Source: Paraphysomonas bandaiensis (Eukaryota > Protista > Chrysophyceae). From it: a stretch of DNA of 64,000 nucleotides. Positions within the stretch are counted from its first letter, which is position 1; each line of letters begins with the position of its first letter. Positions 62,401 to 64,000 of the stretch are shown one piece after another. Location of the stretch: positions 326,272 through 390,271 of the forward strand of contig CBFFRP010000423.1 of NCBI GenBank assembly GCA_965644295.1, given 5' to 3'. A model generated the notes under the pieces. That model did not search any database and was not told the origin of the DNA. It saw only the letters and a program-made list of their open reading frames with translations. The translations under genes were made by a program, and so were the position numbers.

Positions 62401-64000
62401 CAATTTAAGTATACTGCTATATCGGCCGAGAAATTTGGACGAACGGAGTCCTCATCCTTTGTCCGAAAACTTACTCTGGTGATCTTCGCCCTGGCGCATA
62501 CATCACATAGACACTGTTCTTTGGAAACACGTTTCGAGAGATGTTTTCGTTTCAGTCCAGTCCCAATAATTAGCATTCTTTTGTGGGCTTCTACCAACGC
62601 ATGCTTGTTAAAATGACCCGCTCTCCTATGTAACAGCTCCAGTTCATCCTCACCCGTACGGTCACTGAGATTTACTTCTGAATCACTGGATGTCGATACG
62701 TCTGGAAGCTCCAATAACTGCTGTGTTGGCACAGCAGTCATTCCATTCTTCATAGGTCCCTCCAACACCAGCTCATCCGTATTTCTGTCATATATCTGTA
62801 TACCATACCATACAGTAAATCGATATCCCATATCGTTCAACTTCCGTCCAGAACAAAGACACCGATTTATCTGACTTGATACCTCAATGTTCTTCCATGC
62901 TCCACGGGAACCTACACTCGTGACGCATATCTCTGACCCTTTTTTCGAACCATTAATAACCTTTGATGTGTGCATATGACTATCAAGTATATTCACATCA
63001 TTTATCAAAAACATTGATGACGAACAACAGGTATCAATGTATGTATAGTGAATATCCTCATGCACACTACTGCATATATTCGTCTCATACACATTACATG
63101 ACAAGTGATACTCTTCCTGTTGCTCGATCATATTTGCTTCGTCTTCGTCAGACAAATCCGCTGGCTCTCCACGCCTGATGTTTTCAACTGTAAGTAGTCT
63201 TTTGTCTGGTTTCCTTCCATCTTGAAACCTCACAGCCTTGCTCTTGCTTTGCGAGTACTTCTTTTTCGATGCTGGACAATCGATGGCAAGATGTTCCTTT
63301 GACTTACAATTTCTGCACCCAGTATATTCGGCACTTCCAGGTCGCTGCCCTGTAATCTCTGTATCCTTCTTCATCGGCTTCTTCTTACCGTTGTTCTTCT
63401 TACGATGATCCCTCTCTCTGCGATATCGTTTCTTACTGTCTATCAGGTTCAGCTCCTCCACTCTTTTACGCTTCTTCTCCAACGCTTCCTTCCCAGCCAT
63501 AGTATCATCATAGCCTTCTATCTTACGTGATACAGTTACATAATTAACATCATCATCCATCAAGTATAATCCAACTCTCAGTTGAGCATACTCTTCATTG
63601 AGCAAGCCTTCTCGTAGTCGACTTGTTTTTGATACCTCCGAGATATCCTGCTGCTGCTCCTGTAGTTCCTTCAGCAGTAGTTCGAACCGTAGTACGTAGT
63701 CCTTCGCCGTCTCCTCCGGACGCATACGGAAAGAACCATATTGAGTTAAGAGGTCACTGATCCTATTTTGCTTCCCTCCAGCAAAACACTTCTTCAACTC
63801 ATCAATCATTACATGTGTTTTGAACCTGTTTACACCACTCCCTTCTGCCTTGAACGCTTTGTGGGTAAGATGGAATTTACGCAGCGCTTTCGGGGAATGC
63901 TGCACCGCATCCCTGCAGTAAGAATAAGCTATGGCGTTCGCCTTCCAATACCTCTTCACAGCCTGTCTGTACGCCTTCTCCTCCATCAACGTAAGTGGCT
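59469..64000 (-). CDS. Copia gag-pol polyprotein (5'-partial)
   Basis: Zinc knuckle CRNCKSKEHLAIDC, protease YIDTCCS, HRRAGH..CDVC, integrase D..DGAGE..EER, RT YVDD, RNase H FSDSDWAG. No stop in more than 1500 codons. Confidence 0.96.
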   Translation of the reverse strand, partial: PLTLMEEKAYRQAVKRYWKANAIAYSYCRDAVQHSPKALRKFHLTHKAFKAEGSGVNRFKTHVMIDELKKCFAGGKQNRISDLLTQYGSFRMRPEETAKDYVLRFELLLKELQEQQQDISEVSKTSRLREGLLNEEYAQLRVGLYLMDDDVNYVTVSRKIEGYDDTMAGKEALEKKRKRVEELNLIDSKKRYRRERDHRKKNNGKKKPMKKDTEITGQRPGSAEYTGCRNCKSKEHLAIDCPASKKKYSQSKSKAVRFQDGRKPDKRLLTVENIRRGEPADLSDEDEANMIEQQEEYHLSCNVYETNICSSVHEDIHYTYIDTCCSSSMFLINDVNILDSHMHTSKVINGSKKGSEICVTSVGSRGAWKNIEVSSQINRCLCSGRKLNDMGYRFTVWYGIQIYDRNTDELVLEGPMKNGMTAVPTQQLLELPDVSTSSDSEVNLSDRTGEDELELLHRRAGHFNKHALVEAHKRMLIIGTGLKRKHLSKRVSKEQCLCDVCARAKITRVSFRTKDEDSVRPNFSADIAVYLNCPARGGEIYVLKLTHHASRMFWSEGLVHRTGSSVLQVFKKIFEGDVKRYKLEMHHYHADGAGELICDELRQYLRSQGCYQHTWSSTDSPEMNAIEERKFRTCGEMTLAMLIQSGLPSQFWLDAYMAARYILIRLPTKTAKGYMSPLEFLTGEAPNLKYLRVWGCRAYVLTTKADRRKDWDDKALIGYLIGYSDEKVGYDVYLPATDRVVTSVHVLTDESIPSRSESYFAEIDALRVKEAERPKIVSDYAGLEGTYHIDDEDGLLYKTTRVVERKGVIVAYRSLVTAGRKHIEHRVPIHVEDVVRMTAETPGNTGYIGKGDALSTMPARVLDQGRPGGLQESPDPTCQETAVRLQTSEDYESGVVSGAPPTTHDVRAQDEQGTGSYIPRRPIELDGDGRVRRKRLQRRLANASVLGEINMVEVPDAHNIDLNHAETEDIKIPNSYAEAERSPQYQQWRKARMVEKTSLLKRRVLKIVKIPSGVKLVRAKYVHTVKRDILGNIVKYKARLVALGNLQEKKEEEPSTFAPVVKGITIRLVLAIAFMLQMHVHQLDVSSAFCYADLEDDVYMAPPPDEELLAGWCFQLIKALYGLRSSPRQWNKHIDKFIKSLHFTPCILDTCLYMRWSNGKLHLLLIYVDDIIIASADLTYLESVKRRFCETFEMHDLGVCKRFLNIRITRGENWYMLDQSEYAKNIIKKFSSVMGKSSKNKEAPLPTNVQDLLAEERELTEEQKQWVDSFPYRQIIGAVLYLAMHTRPDLAYAVGLLSRFSSCPTYASCKLAIHLLKYFRGTIDEGIRFSGSEFDLHVFSDSDWAGDRLTRRSTTGYIVFLCAGALAWQSKLQTTVATSSMESEYMAEYAAMQELVWLRGVFKELGLLVAKPTPFFMDSKSAKDLSENPVYHKRSKHIDIKYHWVREHVNGKFPTAKLIHVSTDDMAADIFTKALSTKLFSRHEKTITGVKRSVSTRVEEQQKKRPRRG

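Larger units (their letters stand above)
59003..64000 (-). mobile_element. Ty1/Copia LTR retrotransposon, 5' part beyond the window
   Basis: Gag-PR-IN-RT-RH domain order, with PPT and LTR. Confidence 0.95.

Overview
Eukaryotic nuclear DNA with short (about 47-130 nt) GT-AG introns. Gene content suggests a flagellated protist, probably a stramenopile (inference only). There are about 15 protein-coding genes: a Crinkler-type NTPase+REase, TTLL9, a MABP-Sec7-PH-ACBP ArfGEF, a CudA-like protein, an acylated IQ-PH protein, a sulfotransferase, a mitochondrial carrier, a 2-TM protein, ZNF598/Hel2-R3H, a Virilizer-like protein, a METTL21-like methyltransferase, a SAM/C2/coiled-coil protein, a GH95 fucosidase, a TMEM104-like transporter and a DUF6625 protein. 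Twelve of them sit in six head-to-head pairs with about 360-490 bp between start codons. Transposons occupy the other intergenic gaps: a PIF/Harbinger MITE, three hAT derivatives, a decayed Tc1/mariner and an intact-ORF Ty1/Copia cut by the window edge. The most notable signal is a LINE/SINE pair sharing a structured 3' module. The roughly 490-bp SINE has TSD-defined ends and begins with an 86-nt segment that fits HDV-like ribozyme topology, with several non-canonical positions. All domain calls come from reading motifs by eye; no searches were run.
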